This document shows positions 1 to 13,627 of a stretch of 64,000 bases of DNA, one piece after another. Source of the DNA: Candidatus Poribacteria bacterium (lineage in GTDB: Bacteria; Poribacteria; WGA-4E; WGA-3G); assembly GCA_965205025.1 (NCBI GenBank), contig CBDBFU010000001.1:17315-81314 (forward strand), read 5' to 3'. Position 1 is the stretch's first letter; every line of letters starts with the position of its first letter. The translations under genes and the position numbers were made by a program. The notes beneath the pieces are model-generated. The model was given only the letters and a program-made list of their open reading frames with translations. It made no database searches and was not told where the DNA came from.

Positions 1-58
1 TAAAAAATAGGTTGTAAAAACACCTACTTTTTTAAATAGAAAATTGCTCTGTTTTAAT

Positions 59-86
59 TTGATAATTAAATTTAATTCTGTATAAT
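59..86 (+). promoter_or_regulatory. Putative sigma70 promoter of dnaA
   Basis: TTGATA-N16-TATAAT upstream of dnaA; the region is AT-rich, so the match could be chance. Confidence 0.4.
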
Positions 87-168
87 TCACGTTCGCGTCG
101 TTAAGATTTGATTGAAAATTTCCCAACTTATTACAGCTGGAATATAAAAATAAAATAGGAATATTCTC

Positions 169-1518
169 ATGAATCAGACCCCTGATAAACTCTGGTTAGA
201 TATCTTAGCGGAGCTTGACGATTCGGCAGATACCGATGTCTATTTACGTCAAGTAACCCCACGTACTCTCACAGAGGATTCCTTCATCATAGCTGTTCCA
301 TCTACATATACACAGGCTGAAATAGAAAATAGGTTTCTGAAAAATATTGATAAATTATTAGCCAATCGAATGGGTGTAGACTGTACATTAAAATTTGCTG
401 TTGAACCACCACTCGAAAATGAGACTGGATCTAATGATACTGGATCTGAAGAACCAAAAGACCATTCTCAAAACGGGTCTCCTGAATCTGCCAGTTTAAA
501 TCCTAACTACGTCTTTGACAATTTTGTTGTTGGTCAAAGTAATCGTATATGTCATGCAACTGCCTATTCAGTTTCGGATGACCCCGGTGGAGAGTATAAC
601 CCACTTTTTATTTATGGTGGTGTGGGTCTTGGAAAAACACATTTGCTACATGCAATTGGCAATCGAGTACAGGAAAAAATACCTGATTGTAAAGTCCTTT
701 ACGTCACCTCTGAAACTTTTATGAACGAGTATATTGAATCTATCGTCAAACGAACTTCAGCTCAAGATTTCCGAAACAAATATCGCAAAACAGATCTCTT
801 GTTAATTGATGATATTCAGTTCTTACAACGGAAAGAGGGCACACAAGAGGAATTTTTTAATACTTTCAATGACCTATATTTAAACTCAGGACAAATCGTT
901 TTATCAAGTGACCGTTCACCAAGCATGCTTGAAAATCTTGAAGAGAGATTAAGTTCCCGTTTTGAATGGGGTATGGTAGCAGAAATTGATAAACCTAATT
1001 ATGAGTTGAGACTTGCCATCCTACGGGGTAAATGTCAAGAGCAAGGTTTAGATGATATTTCAGATGAAGTCCTAAATTACATTGCTGAAATTGTCACATC
1101 AAACATTCGTCAATTAGAAGGCACATTATTACGTCTTAACACACAAGCATCATTTCTCGGTGAAAAGTTAGATCTTGATTTCGCACGCACAGCACTAAAC
1201 GATACATCCACCCGTACTGGATCGCGTCGAAAAGCCGTAACAGCAGCTGCAATACAAAAAATCGTGATAGACCATTTTCACTTGGATAGCGACGACCTAA
1301 TTTCTGCCAAACGGACGAAGGCTATAGCTTTCCCACGACAAGTTGCAATGTATTTATGTAGAGAACTCACACAGCTTTCATTATTAGATATTGCTGAAGC
1401 ATTTAATAGACAAAACCACACAACCGTTATACATGCATGCACACAGATAGAAAAATTAAGTAGTGAAGATGAAGAAACTAAAAAGTTAATAAATATGATG
1501 ATGGATGAGTTGACTTAA
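169..1518 (+). CDS. dnaA: Chromosomal replication initiator DnaA
   Basis: YNPLFIYGGVGLGKTHL (Walker A), LLLIDDIQF (Walker B), RLSSRFEWG, and C-terminal RQVAMYL...HTTVIHA domain IV. Confidence 0.98.
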   Translation: MNQTPDKLWLDILAELDDSADTDVYLRQVTPRTLTEDSFIIAVPSTYTQAEIENRFLKNIDKLLANRMGVDCTLKFAVEPPLENETGSNDTGSEEPKDHSQNGSPESASLNPNYVFDNFVVGQSNRICHATAYSVSDDPGGEYNPLFIYGGVGLGKTHLLHAIGNRVQEKIPDCKVLYVTSETFMNEYIESIVKRTSAQDFRNKYRKTDLLLIDDIQFLQRKEGTQEEFFNTFNDLYLNSGQIVLSSDRSPSMLENLEERLSSRFEWGMVAEIDKPNYELRLAILRGKCQEQGLDDISDEVLNYIAEIVTSNIRQLEGTLLRLNTQASFLGEKLDLDFARTALNDTSTRTGSRRKAVTAAAIQKIVIDHFHLDSDDLISAKRTKAIAFPRQVAMYLCRELTQLSLLDIAEAFNRQNHTTVIHACTQIEKLSSEDEETKKLINMMMDELT

Positions 1519-1556
1519 TCCGCTTCCTACCTGAATTAAAACACTTAAAGCACATG

Positions 1557-1810
1557 TTATGCACAATTGCTGTGCATAACCCTCAAATTATTGTTGATAA
1601 CTTGTTGATAACTTGTTGATAATCTTACACCCGTTAATTGTTTTAACAAATTGTCAATAATTTCATAATTGAATACACATGTTATCAACACCCTTAATCT
1701 CAATCACTGTCAGTTGTTAGAGCAGTTATCAACTTATGCACACCCCCTACTACTACTTCTAATTTACAATTTTAAATTTTAAGTAATTATTTAATATAAT
1801 TAATATAAGC
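1557..1810. other. Replication origin oriC
   Basis: DnaA-box variants TTATGCACA (1557, reverse 1571, 1734) and TTATCAACA (reverse x3 at 1592/1603/1614, forward 1682). These are followed by CCCCC, CTA-repeat DnaA-trios (1747-1761) and an AT-rich stretch. Confidence 0.88.
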
Positions 1811-1994
1811 GAATCACTTTAGGTGAACTTATAAATAAAATTGTAAATAATAGATATATTTGCAAGCAATCATTATGGTATAGTTTATTAGTTGATATGA
1901 GAAAAATCACAATAACAAACTTATATAAGTAAGGCAATAATACAATAGTCTTAAATCTTATGATAAATGTTAACCATAACTGAGCGGAGTTTAG

Positions 1995-3155
1995 ATGGTC
2001 CTGCAACGATTGTGCTTGCGAAATTTTAGAAATTATCAGGAGTGTGACATCACATTTCATTCCCCAGTAACATTGATTGTTGGCAGAAACGCTATGGGCA
2101 AGACAAGCCTACTCGAATCTGTCTATTTTTTGTGTACCGGTGAATCCCATCGATCTAATTCTGCCACAGAGTTAATACGCCATAATATGGAAGGTTTTGC
2201 TGTTACAGGATATTTTAGAAATGATAAAAAAACCGATAATCAAATCCGTCTTGAGGCAGTTAAGCCACGGCAAGGACCATTTCGTCTAAAAACAGATGGT
2301 GTTCTCCAACGGAGACGTTCGGATTGGATAGGTCAGTTCAATGTAGTGCTTTTTTCACCAGAGTCTTTGGATCTTGTGAAGGGAGCTCCGACATTCCGAA
2401 GACGATGGATTGATTTGCTTTTATGTCAACTAAATCGTCAGTATTTAGAAGAACTACAACGTTATCGTGGAATATTGCAACACCGGAATGCGTTATTAAA
2501 ACAACTGAGTATAGGAAAAGGGGTTGCTAATGAGGTTTCTATATGGGATGGATTACTAAGTGAATCCGGAGTCGCATTAATAGGAGCTCGATTTACTGCC
2601 TTGAAAAGGTTAAGTGTTGTCGTTGAAAACACACATCTATCGTTGACGGGGGGAATGGAACGCCTTATATTGGAATATATCCCCGGAATAGAGAATGGTG
2701 GAGAGAAAATCTCAGATATAACGGATCTTACCGAACTCTTTAGCCAAGCATTGACACAAGCTCGACGGGATGAAGTACGCCGTGGTGTAACGCTTGTAGG
2801 TCCACATCGTGATGATTTTACATTGGCATTAGAGAAAGTAGACGCTGAAGATGAAATGTTGCAAGAAACTGCTCGTACCTATGCCTCACAAGGACAACAT
2901 AGGACAATTGCACTTGCTCTAAAACTTGCTGAGTTAGAGTATATTCGTGAAGATACAGGAAGTGCGCCCCTTTTTCTACTGGACGATGTGTTATCTGAGT
3001 TAGATGTGAAAAGACGGGCATACCTATTATCCTATCTTCAAGGTGTTGCTGCTCAGACAATTATTACTGCTACGGATAAAGATGTTATGGGAGACGAGTT
3101 GCAAGATGTTCATTTGTTAACGGTTGAAGAAGGTGTCATCGTAGATGAAAGTTAG
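1995..3155 (+). CDS. recF: DNA replication/repair protein RecF
   Basis: LRNFRNY, GRNAMGKTSLLE, GPHRDD, SQGQHR, LLDDVLSELD motifs. Confidence 0.97.
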   Translation: MVLQRLCLRNFRNYQECDITFHSPVTLIVGRNAMGKTSLLESVYFLCTGESHRSNSATELIRHNMEGFAVTGYFRNDKKTDNQIRLEAVKPRQGPFRLKTDGVLQRRRSDWIGQFNVVLFSPESLDLVKGAPTFRRRWIDLLLCQLNRQYLEELQRYRGILQHRNALLKQLSIGKGVANEVSIWDGLLSESGVALIGARFTALKRLSVVVENTHLSLTGGMERLILEYIPGIENGGEKISDITDLTELFSQALTQARRDEVRRGVTLVGPHRDDFTLALEKVDAEDEMLQETARTYASQGQHRTIALALKLAELEYIREDTGSAPLFLLDDVLSELDVKRRAYLLSYLQGVAAQTIITATDKDVMGDELQDVHLLTVEEGVIVDES

Positions 3156-3250
3156 AACGTTGAAAACAGTAAAATTTATACTACGGTTATGTCATTTATT
3201 CAATTCCACATGTACTTTCAAAGATCATATATTGGATAAAAGGTATCAAA

Positions 3251-3824
3251 ATGCGGTTTGGAAAATCAGGCAAATTTAGACGAAGAGCACAAATACGACG
3301 CGGCACAGTAAAAATAGAAAATGTTGTAGAAGGTGTTCTGCAAAAACGTGGATGGTTTGATAAGGTCCAGGAGAGACGGGTTTTTGATGTTTGGGAATCG
3401 GTCGTTGGAAAGACAATTGCTGCACAAAGTGCTCCAATTTCATTATATGGTGGGATTTTACGAGTTGATGTGTCTCATCCCGTCTATGCAAATGAAATGA
3501 CTCTGATGAAAACTAAGATTATAAAAAAACTCAAAAGTAAACTTGAAAATCAAAATACAAGTGTCCGAAGAGTTGCCACTGCAAACAAGGTTACTGATAT
3601 TCGCTTTAACTTTAACCCCACGTTTTCCGAAGGAAAAATCACATCGTAGCAAAGATAAATCTGAGGCTGGGGGATCTGAAAAAGACAATAAACCGGTGTC
3701 ACGAGAAATGAAGGAACAGATAGAATCTGTGGTTTCGGTTGTAAACGATCAAGAATTACGGGAGGCGTTAAAAACACTCTTTACAACACAATGTGCTGAT
3801 ACAAAAATAGAAAATAATGAGTAA
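3251..3824 (+). CDS. DciA/DUF721 family protein; apparent frameshift near 3615-3620
   Basis: WESVVGKTIAAQSAP...LRVDVSHPVYANEM pattern in the typical position between recF and gyrB. The C-terminus continues in ORF 3543..3824 after a C-run. Confidence 0.75.
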
Positions 3825-3881
3825 TTGAACATTTGAGAAATAAAGTCTATAACATTTTCACAAAACAGATAAAAAAAGGGG

Positions 3882-3911
3882 TTGCAAAAGTAAGTAGGTT
3901 TATGCTACAAT
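3882..3911 (+). promoter_or_regulatory. Putative gyrB promoter
   Basis: TTGCAA-N18-TACAAT with an extended TG. Confidence 0.35.
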
Positions 3912-4183
3912 GGATATAAGAAAAATCAATTTTATATTAGGAATATTACAAAACTGATCAGTCTATAAAACACATATAAATCGACAGGTTTTGTTATAGA
4001 TTTTCTTAATATATTATAACTATAAGTAATGTTTTTGTGTTCCTGTGATTCGGGCACTTTATGTTAGGGAATTATTCCATAATATTCACCTCGGCTTTAT
4101 TCATAACTGCTCTAAATATTACATAATTGGTGAACTCATAACAGAAAACAATAAATAACTGATAATCTATAAGGAAAAATATA

Positions 4184-6726
<2,543 letters not shown>

Positions 6727-6794
6727 CACATTCGATGTGTCAGATGTTTCCGATTCAACACTTATCACAACCAAATAGAATATAAGAGAAGGAA

Positions 6795-9245
6795 ATGCAA
6801 GAAGAAAATATCATCAGGCGTACAATAGAATCTGAATTACAAACTTCATATCTCACCTACGCTATGAGCGTAAATACGAATAGAGCAATACCAGATGTGC
6901 GGGATGGTTTGAAGCCGAGTGCACGACGGATCATCTATGCTATGGGTGAACTTAACCTAACGAATGACCGTCCTACTGATAAATGTGCCGCGGTCGTGGG
7001 TGAGGTGATGAAAAATTTCCATCCACACGGGGATGGTCCTATTTATGGAACGCTTGTAGGACTTGCACAAGAATTTAGTACCCGTTATCCCCTAATTGAT
7101 GGTCAAGGGAACTTTGGATCAATAGACGATGACCCAGCAGGGGCAATGCGTTATACGGAGTGCCGACTTACAAAAATTGCTGAAACACTTCTACTTGATA
7201 TTGATAAGGATACAGTTGATTTTCAACCTAACTATAAGGATTCCATGGAAGAACCAACTGTGTTACCTGGACTTCTTCCAAACATCCTTGTTAACGGGAC
7301 AACCGGTATCGGTGTAGGTTATCAAACAAAAATACCCCCACATAACCTTAACGAAGTTGTTGATGCCCTCCTTCACCTACTTGATTTTCCTCAAGCTACT
7401 GTTGATGATTTACTTGAATTTATTCCTGGACCTGATTTTCCTACAGGGGGAATCATTGTCGGTAAGAGTGAAATCAAGAAGATGTATACTACAGGAAAAG
7501 GAAATATGGCGATGCGCGCAAGGGCAGAAATTGAACCTATGGCAAACGATAAATCACGAGGAGGAGAACGAGAGCAGATTATCGTCACTGAAATACCTTA
7601 TCATGTGAAGAAGAATAAATTACTTGATGAGATGTATGAGTTAGTAGAAGTCGATAAGGTAATTACTGGTATTTCTGATATTCGGGACGAGTCTGATGAA
7701 CAAATACGGATTGTCATAGAACTTAAGCGCGGAGAAGTGCCACAAGTTATCCTAAATCAGCTCTACAAACGCACCAAGATGCAGGAATATTATTCCGCAA
7801 ATCTCCTTTGTCTTGTTGAAGGACTTCCGAAAGTATTAACGCTACCCGAAATCCTGCATTATTATTTAGCACATAGACGCGATGTCATACGTCGACGCAC
7901 ACAGTACGATTTAACACGATGTGAAAATAGAGCACATGTTTTAGAAGGATACCGTATTGCACTTGAAAATTTAGACGAGGTAATTGAAATTGTTCAAACT
8001 GCTGAAACACCACAAGCAGCAAGAGAACAACTTCAGGAACAGTTTGAACTTTCCGATGTTCAAGCACGCGAAGTGTTAGATCTAACATTGCGTCAGTTAA
8101 CCGGTTTAGAACGACAACGTATCAATGACGAATACGAAGACCTTCTAGTTCAAATCGCAGAACTCCGAGCAATTCTGGAAAGTGAAGAACTTGTTACCAA
8201 TATCATTAGGGAAGAATTAGAAGGATTGAAGGAAGATCATGGGGATGATCGTCTCACCGAAATCGTTGATGAAGTCAGAAGTTTTGAAATGGAAGATCTG
8301 ATTGCAGATGACGAGATGGTTGTTACACTAACACATTCTGGATACCTAAAACGGATTCCAATGGATACATATCAAACACAGAATAGAGGTGGGGTTGGGA
8401 TTAAAGGTGGAAATCCGAAAGATGGTGATTTCTTAGAGCATCTGATTATTGCCACAGCACACCAATCGCTCCTTTTCTTTACCAGCCTTGGGAAGTGTTT
8501 TGTAAAAAAAGTTTATGAAATACCAGAAGGTTCGCGCACTGCAGCTGGACGGGCTGCGGTAAATATGTTAAAACTTGGAGATTCCGAGACCATTAGCGCA
8601 TTCTTGCCTATACGAGAATTTAATGAAGATCAATATATCCTGATGGCAACAAAGAATGGTATTGTCAAAAAAACAGCTCTTAAGGATTTTAGCAACCGAA
8701 TTTCAAGCGGGATCATAGCCGTAAAATTGGATGATGGGGACCAGTTAATCGGCGCACAACTTACTGATGGAAATTATGAAGTTATTTTAGTTAGCCATAA
8801 CGGGAACTCTATACGCTTTAATGAATCGGATGTAAGGAGCATGGGACGCGCAACACGCGGGGTTCGAGGTATACGGATCAGTAGTGAAGATGACTTTGTT
8901 GTAGACATGGTATGTTCGGCGGATGAAAACGATTCTTTACTCGTTGTAACCGAAAATGGTTATGGCAAACGGACAGCATTATCAGCATATCGTTCTCAGA
9001 AACGGGGCGGTGTCGGACTCACGGCGATTAAGCGGTCAACTCGTAATGGTGCTATTGTTTCTGCAAAATTAGTCGCGGATCCAGACGAACTTGTTTTGAT
9101 TAGTTCTGCTGGATATGTTACGCGGATGGCTGTCAGCGATGTCCGCGTAATCGGACGGACGACACAAGGTGTAAGACTCATGTCTTTAGGAGAAGATGAG
9201 AAACTCGTAGATGTGGCTAAAATAACAGCTACCAACACTGAATAG
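6795..9245 (+). CDS. gyrA: DNA gyrase subunit A
   Basis: RAIPDVRDGLKP, HPHGD, catalytic AMRYTE, GyrA-box QNRGGVG, and C-terminal pinwheel repeats. Confidence 0.97.
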   Translation: MQEENIIRRTIESELQTSYLTYAMSVNTNRAIPDVRDGLKPSARRIIYAMGELNLTNDRPTDKCAAVVGEVMKNFHPHGDGPIYGTLVGLAQEFSTRYPLIDGQGNFGSIDDDPAGAMRYTECRLTKIAETLLLDIDKDTVDFQPNYKDSMEEPTVLPGLLPNILVNGTTGIGVGYQTKIPPHNLNEVVDALLHLLDFPQATVDDLLEFIPGPDFPTGGIIVGKSEIKKMYTTGKGNMAMRARAEIEPMANDKSRGGEREQIIVTEIPYHVKKNKLLDEMYELVEVDKVITGISDIRDESDEQIRIVIELKRGEVPQVILNQLYKRTKMQEYYSANLLCLVEGLPKVLTLPEILHYYLAHRRDVIRRRTQYDLTRCENRAHVLEGYRIALENLDEVIEIVQTAETPQAAREQLQEQFELSDVQAREVLDLTLRQLTGLERQRINDEYEDLLVQIAELRAILESEELVTNIIREELEGLKEDHGDDRLTEIVDEVRSFEMEDLIADDEMVVTLTHSGYLKRIPMDTYQTQNRGGVGIKGGNPKDGDFLEHLIIATAHQSLLFFTSLGKCFVKKVYEIPEGSRTAAGRAAVNMLKLGDSETISAFLPIREFNEDQYILMATKNGIVKKTALKDFSNRISSGIIAVKLDDGDQLIGAQLTDGNYEVILVSHNGNSIRFNESDVRSMGRATRGVRGIRISSEDDFVVDMVCSADENDSLLVVTENGYGKRTALSAYRSQKRGGVGLTAIKRSTRNGAIVSAKLVADPDELVLISSAGYVTRMAVSDVRVIGRTTQGVRLMSLGEDEKLVDVAKITATNTE

Positions 9246-9301
9246 AAGAATGGACACTAAGTTACATTACATTGATTGAATAGACTAAGTTAGGTTAGGA
9301 G

Positions 9302-10843
9302 ATGGTGATGAAAAAGAGAAAATGGATGGTATTATTCATTGTTACTATATTTTGTCTTATGATTACAAGGACGGTTACATTTGCGCAAGATGTTTACCCA
9401 CTTGAAAATCCAGAACTTGTAACTAAAAGCAATGTCTCAGATATAAGTAAGATATATTCACGGATGATGGCAGCGGTCTATTTGCAGAGATATACAATAG
9501 ATCTCTCAACTTCAAAGCAGTTGTACGATGAATTAGTAATTGAGGCAGAGGATTCTGCTTTTATCTGGTACAAAAGAGGACAACTCCGGTTTCAACGCTT
9601 GCAAGATATACGAGGTGCTCAGAAGGATGTTGAGAAAGCACTTGAAATTAACCCTTCATACGTTCCAGCTACATGGCTACTTGCACAAATTTTAGCACAT
9701 CGTGCCTCATATTCAGGGGGACGAGAAATAAAAGAATTAATGCAGACACTCAAAAGAGTAACTGAATTAGATCCAGACCATTTTATGGCACACCGAATGC
9801 TATCGGATATATCATTTCAGCTCCGAGATTATACCACAGCTGAAACATCATTCAAGGCGCTCACACGGATTATGCCTTTTCAACCTCAATTTCATAAGTC
9901 CTTAGGTGATCTCTACAGGAGACAAGAAAAATTACAAGAAGCTGTGGAGGCTTATCAACGTGTCATAAAAATTAAACCTAATGATTTGGACATGTTAAAC
10001 ACCGTAGGACATATTTACTATGAAACCGGAAAAATAAAGCAAGCACAAGAATCATTTATGAAAGTCGTTGAAATAGAACCGAATAATGTTGATGCAAACT
10101 TAGGGCTTGGACTGGTATTACAGGAACTCGCTTATGAGATACGAACACTGAAAGATAAAAAGGATGATAGTGAATCAATTGATCCAGCAACCCTTATTCG
10201 GGATGCAGAGACATATCTTGGACGCGCAATTTTCTTTTCTAAGGAAATTCTCAATAATCCTAAAAATGATGCACAACATGCATCCTATCTGAAAAAAATG
10301 CTTGATGCACAGTATGCATTGGCTAATGTGTATATAATATTTGAGAAACATGGAGAGGCTGTGGAAGTGTTTAAACAACTTCTTGATGAGATACCCGACC
10401 ATGTTGGAGCAACATACGGAATTGGTTCAGTCTACCTAACAATGGGGGACTTTGAAAAAGCAGAAACATATCTACGTAAAACACTGGCAATTGAACCAGC
10501 ACATGAGTTTGCTCTCAATGCACTTGGATATCTCTATGCACAACAAGGAATACATCTTGATGAAGCTGAAGCATTAATAAAACGTGCCCTTAAAAAAGCA
10601 CCAACAAACGGGGCATATCTTGATAGTCTTGGCTGGGTATTTTTTAAACAGGGTAAGATTGCTGAAGCTGTCTCCACATTAGAAAAGGCTAGTCAACAAG
10701 CCCCTAACCAAGTGGAAATTCTAATGCATCTTGGGGATGCATATCTCAAAAACGATGAACCGGAAAAAGCGCAAAGGGTTTGGGAACAAGCTCAAACAAT
10801 CGAACCTGATAATGAAGAGATACATGAACGCCTTAATCAATGA
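9302..10843 (+). CDS. Exported tetratricopeptide-repeat protein
   Basis: Signal peptide, multiple TPRs, and ALNALGY...YLDSLGWV...HLGD C-terminal TPR block. Confidence 0.9.
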   Translation: MVMKKRKWMVLFIVTIFCLMITRTVTFAQDVYPLENPELVTKSNVSDISKIYSRMMAAVYLQRYTIDLSTSKQLYDELVIEAEDSAFIWYKRGQLRFQRLQDIRGAQKDVEKALEINPSYVPATWLLAQILAHRASYSGGREIKELMQTLKRVTELDPDHFMAHRMLSDISFQLRDYTTAETSFKALTRIMPFQPQFHKSLGDLYRRQEKLQEAVEAYQRVIKIKPNDLDMLNTVGHIYYETGKIKQAQESFMKVVEIEPNNVDANLGLGLVLQELAYEIRTLKDKKDDSESIDPATLIRDAETYLGRAIFFSKEILNNPKNDAQHASYLKKMLDAQYALANVYIIFEKHGEAVEVFKQLLDEIPDHVGATYGIGSVYLTMGDFEKAETYLRKTLAIEPAHEFALNALGYLYAQQGIHLDEAEALIKRALKKAPTNGAYLDSLGWVFFKQGKIAEAVSTLEKASQQAPNQVEILMHLGDAYLKNDEPEKAQRVWEQAQTIEPDNEEIHERLNQ

Positions 10844-12564
10844 TGCGATATATAACCATCAAGGTCTTCTTATTCACACTAACGTTCTTTATCCAGTATG
10901 GTGAAACGTTCCAGTGTGGGGTACCTGAACTAAAAAAGCATATAGGTACACAGTTTATACCAGATGTACCATCTGCCCCAGCACACCACGCTGCACCCGA
11001 ACTTCAAATCGGTTCCCAACGTACATTCTTTGCTATAGATTTCGCAAAAAAACAGCAGTACACTGTTAATGCAACATTGCGAGGTAGTGGACCTTACTGT
11101 TATATTTATGTGGAAAACTCAGAATGGCGACGAAATGTTTCTCCCCTAACAGTTCGAACTATCCAAAACGCTTTTGATATTTCAACACCAGCAGATCCAA
11201 ACCGTGGAATTTATGAAATATTAACCGAAGACTTTGGAACCTTACCAGATATTGATCGAAACCAAAAAGTTATATTACTCCTTCTCAATATCCGGGATGT
11301 TGGGAACACGCATTCTACAGTCGGATATTTCATGCCAATTGATCAGCGGCGAGGTATTCTTCAACATCCGACACTTGGACCTCTTCATAGTAATGTCGGT
11401 GAGATTCTGTATATTGATGCAAAAGATGAACTTGTTAACAACTTTCAAATGCAGGCTGTTATCGCTCATGAACTACAACATATTATTCACTGGAAACACT
11501 CACCGAAAGAAGAAACATGGATTGATGAAGGGTGCGCAAATTACGCAGCGTTCCGATGCGGTTATGATATTCATCAGCACGTAAAAGCATTTCAGGAAGC
11601 ACCGAACACTTCCCTTATTGATTGGACACAAACGACACAAACCAATTTACTTGCGCATTATGGAGCTGCCTTCATATTTATGATGTACCTTCATGATCAT
11701 TATGGGGGTTTGAAAACTATTTCCGATCTTGTGAAAAATCCATTAGATGGCATTTCAGGAATTACCAATACATTGGAAGCACAAGGAATGTCCAACACTT
11801 TCTCAAATGTGTTTTCTGATTGGAAAGTCGCAAACTATCTTACTACATGGGGATTACTCGGTTTTATTGGAAAACGATACAGGTATACAACGTTTAAACC
11901 TATTATTTCACCACAATTCATACACGACACCTATCCGGTTAATAGAAGAAATGAGACACTGGTGAATTTTGCAGCCCACGCAATTGATTGTAAGATAGCA
12001 TCCACTGAGCAGGCAGGTCTTAACTTAAGTTTTACGACACAGCGAAACACAAAGGTTGATATAAGAGTCGCTTATTTAAGAGATTCTGGAGAAATATCAG
12101 TAGAATCGCTCCCTTTTAGAACTACTGATGGTACAGCTACACTTGATCTTCCAACGTTTGGTTCTACTGTAAAACGGGCTATACTTATACCAAGTCTACA
12201 GGTTGAGAATCCAAGTTTCGCACAACAATCTATAACATATAACTATGGTGTGTTTGAAGGAGGACTGGGAACTTATTCTACAATAATTCTTCCAAATCCA
12301 GTTCATCCAAATTATTGGGAAATCATTGCTGTTCCAGATAAGGCGTCAGGTATAGTCTCACTCACAGTAACCTTAACTTACCAAAACCGAAATCTTATTG
12401 AAGATAAACCGATGGTCTACATCCAAAACGCTGACAAGACTCGGTATCGTTATGCTTTTCACCTTAAGCCTGAGATTGATACTGAAGCGGTAGAATGGAG
12501 CATCAGGCGAGGGGATACTATTATTGACGAAGGTATTCTCAATGAAACAACAAATGATAAATGA
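10840..12564 (+). CDS. Secreted zinc metallopeptidase (M30/neutral protease-like)
   Basis: Signal peptide, AHELQHIIH zincin motif followed by WIDEG, and YGAAFIFMMYLHDHYG. Start overlaps the upstream stop. Confidence 0.8.
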   Translation: MMRYITIKVFLFTLTFFIQYGETFQCGVPELKKHIGTQFIPDVPSAPAHHAAPELQIGSQRTFFAIDFAKKQQYTVNATLRGSGPYCYIYVENSEWRRNVSPLTVRTIQNAFDISTPADPNRGIYEILTEDFGTLPDIDRNQKVILLLLNIRDVGNTHSTVGYFMPIDQRRGILQHPTLGPLHSNVGEILYIDAKDELVNNFQMQAVIAHELQHIIHWKHSPKEETWIDEGCANYAAFRCGYDIHQHVKAFQEAPNTSLIDWTQTTQTNLLAHYGAAFIFMMYLHDHYGGLKTISDLVKNPLDGISGITNTLEAQGMSNTFSNVFSDWKVANYLTTWGLLGFIGKRYRYTTFKPIISPQFIHDTYPVNRRNETLVNFAAHAIDCKIASTEQAGLNLSFTTQRNTKVDIRVAYLRDSGEISVESLPFRTTDGTATLDLPTFGSTVKRAILIPSLQVENPSFAQQSITYNYGVFEGGLGTYSTIILPNPVHPNYWEIIAVPDKASGIVSLTVTLTYQNRNLIEDKPMVYIQNADKTRYRYAFHLKPEIDTEAVEWSIRRGDTIIDEGILNETTNDK

Positions 12565-12593
12565 TTACCAAAGCTACTAATTAGGAGGTATAT

Positions 12594-13575
12594 ATGCCGA
12601 AAACATTATATGCAGGGACAATTGGACAGAGTATTTGGCGAAGCACGGATATAGGTAAAACCTGGGATAGGGCAAGTAATGGAATCTTTCCAGAGGCAGA
12701 TATTCGCGCTATTGTTGTCGATCCTACAGATTCAAATATCTTGTATGCTGGTACAGAAAAAGGGGTTGTTAAAACTACTGATGGTGGTAATATGTGGGAG
12801 CATATGCCAAGTGAAATGGATAGTAAAGAGGTGTGGTCCCTTGCTATCCATCCAACAAATCCAGAAACACTTTTTGCTGGAACGTGTCCATCTGCTTTTT
12901 ACAAATCAACTGATGGTGCAAACACTTGGACAAAACTTGATGCAGAACTTGCCCAAGAGTGTGAAGGGATTCCTATCATACCACGTGTTACAACTATCAT
13001 TATTGATCCAGAAGATCACGATACTGTCTATGCAGGCATTGAAATTGATGGTATGCGTCTCAGCACCGATGGCGGTAAAACATGGGATGATCGAAGCGAA
13101 GGATTGAGCAGCTTAGATATACATGGTCTTACCGTAGTTACCAGGGGAGCAAAAAACACTTGTTGCAGCCACAAATAACGATGTTTGTATCACTACAGAT
13201 ATGCACAATTGGACTCCATTAAAAGTCCGTGAACATTATCCGTGGCCCTACTGTAGAGCAGCCTTTTATCTTAACGGGGACAACGCTAAAGTATTTATTG
13301 GAGCAGGAAACGGACCGCCCGGTGACCAAGGCGGCATATTTTTTATGAAAGACGCAAGTGACGCCTCAGATGCAGAGGCTATTCGCTGGGATCGCTCTGA
13401 TATCGGAATTACGGCTAACAGTACTATTTGGTGTTTCGGATATAATCCCAGTGTCGATGGATTACTAATTGCTTGTAGTGTAAGCGGACAACTTTTCCTG
13501 AGTGAAGACAATGGTGATTCATGGAAGAAGTTATCACATGAATTCGGAGAAGTACGAGCATTAGCAGTTGCTTAA
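12594..13575 (+). CDS. BNR/Asp-box beta-propeller protein (glycosyl hydrolase-like), one frameshift near 13145
   Basis: Repeated SxDGGxTW Asp-boxes across ORFs 12594..13178 and 13201..13575; AGGAGG RBS. Confidence 0.8.
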
Positions 13576-13627
13576 ATGCGGAAAGATGTACCTCGTTCAT
13601 GTTGTAGTTAAATATATGTTAACATGC

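Noticed and set aside
1800-2060. 86-aa minus-strand ORF
   Set aside because: It overlaps the AT-rich origin flank and the recF start, and has no recognisable motif.
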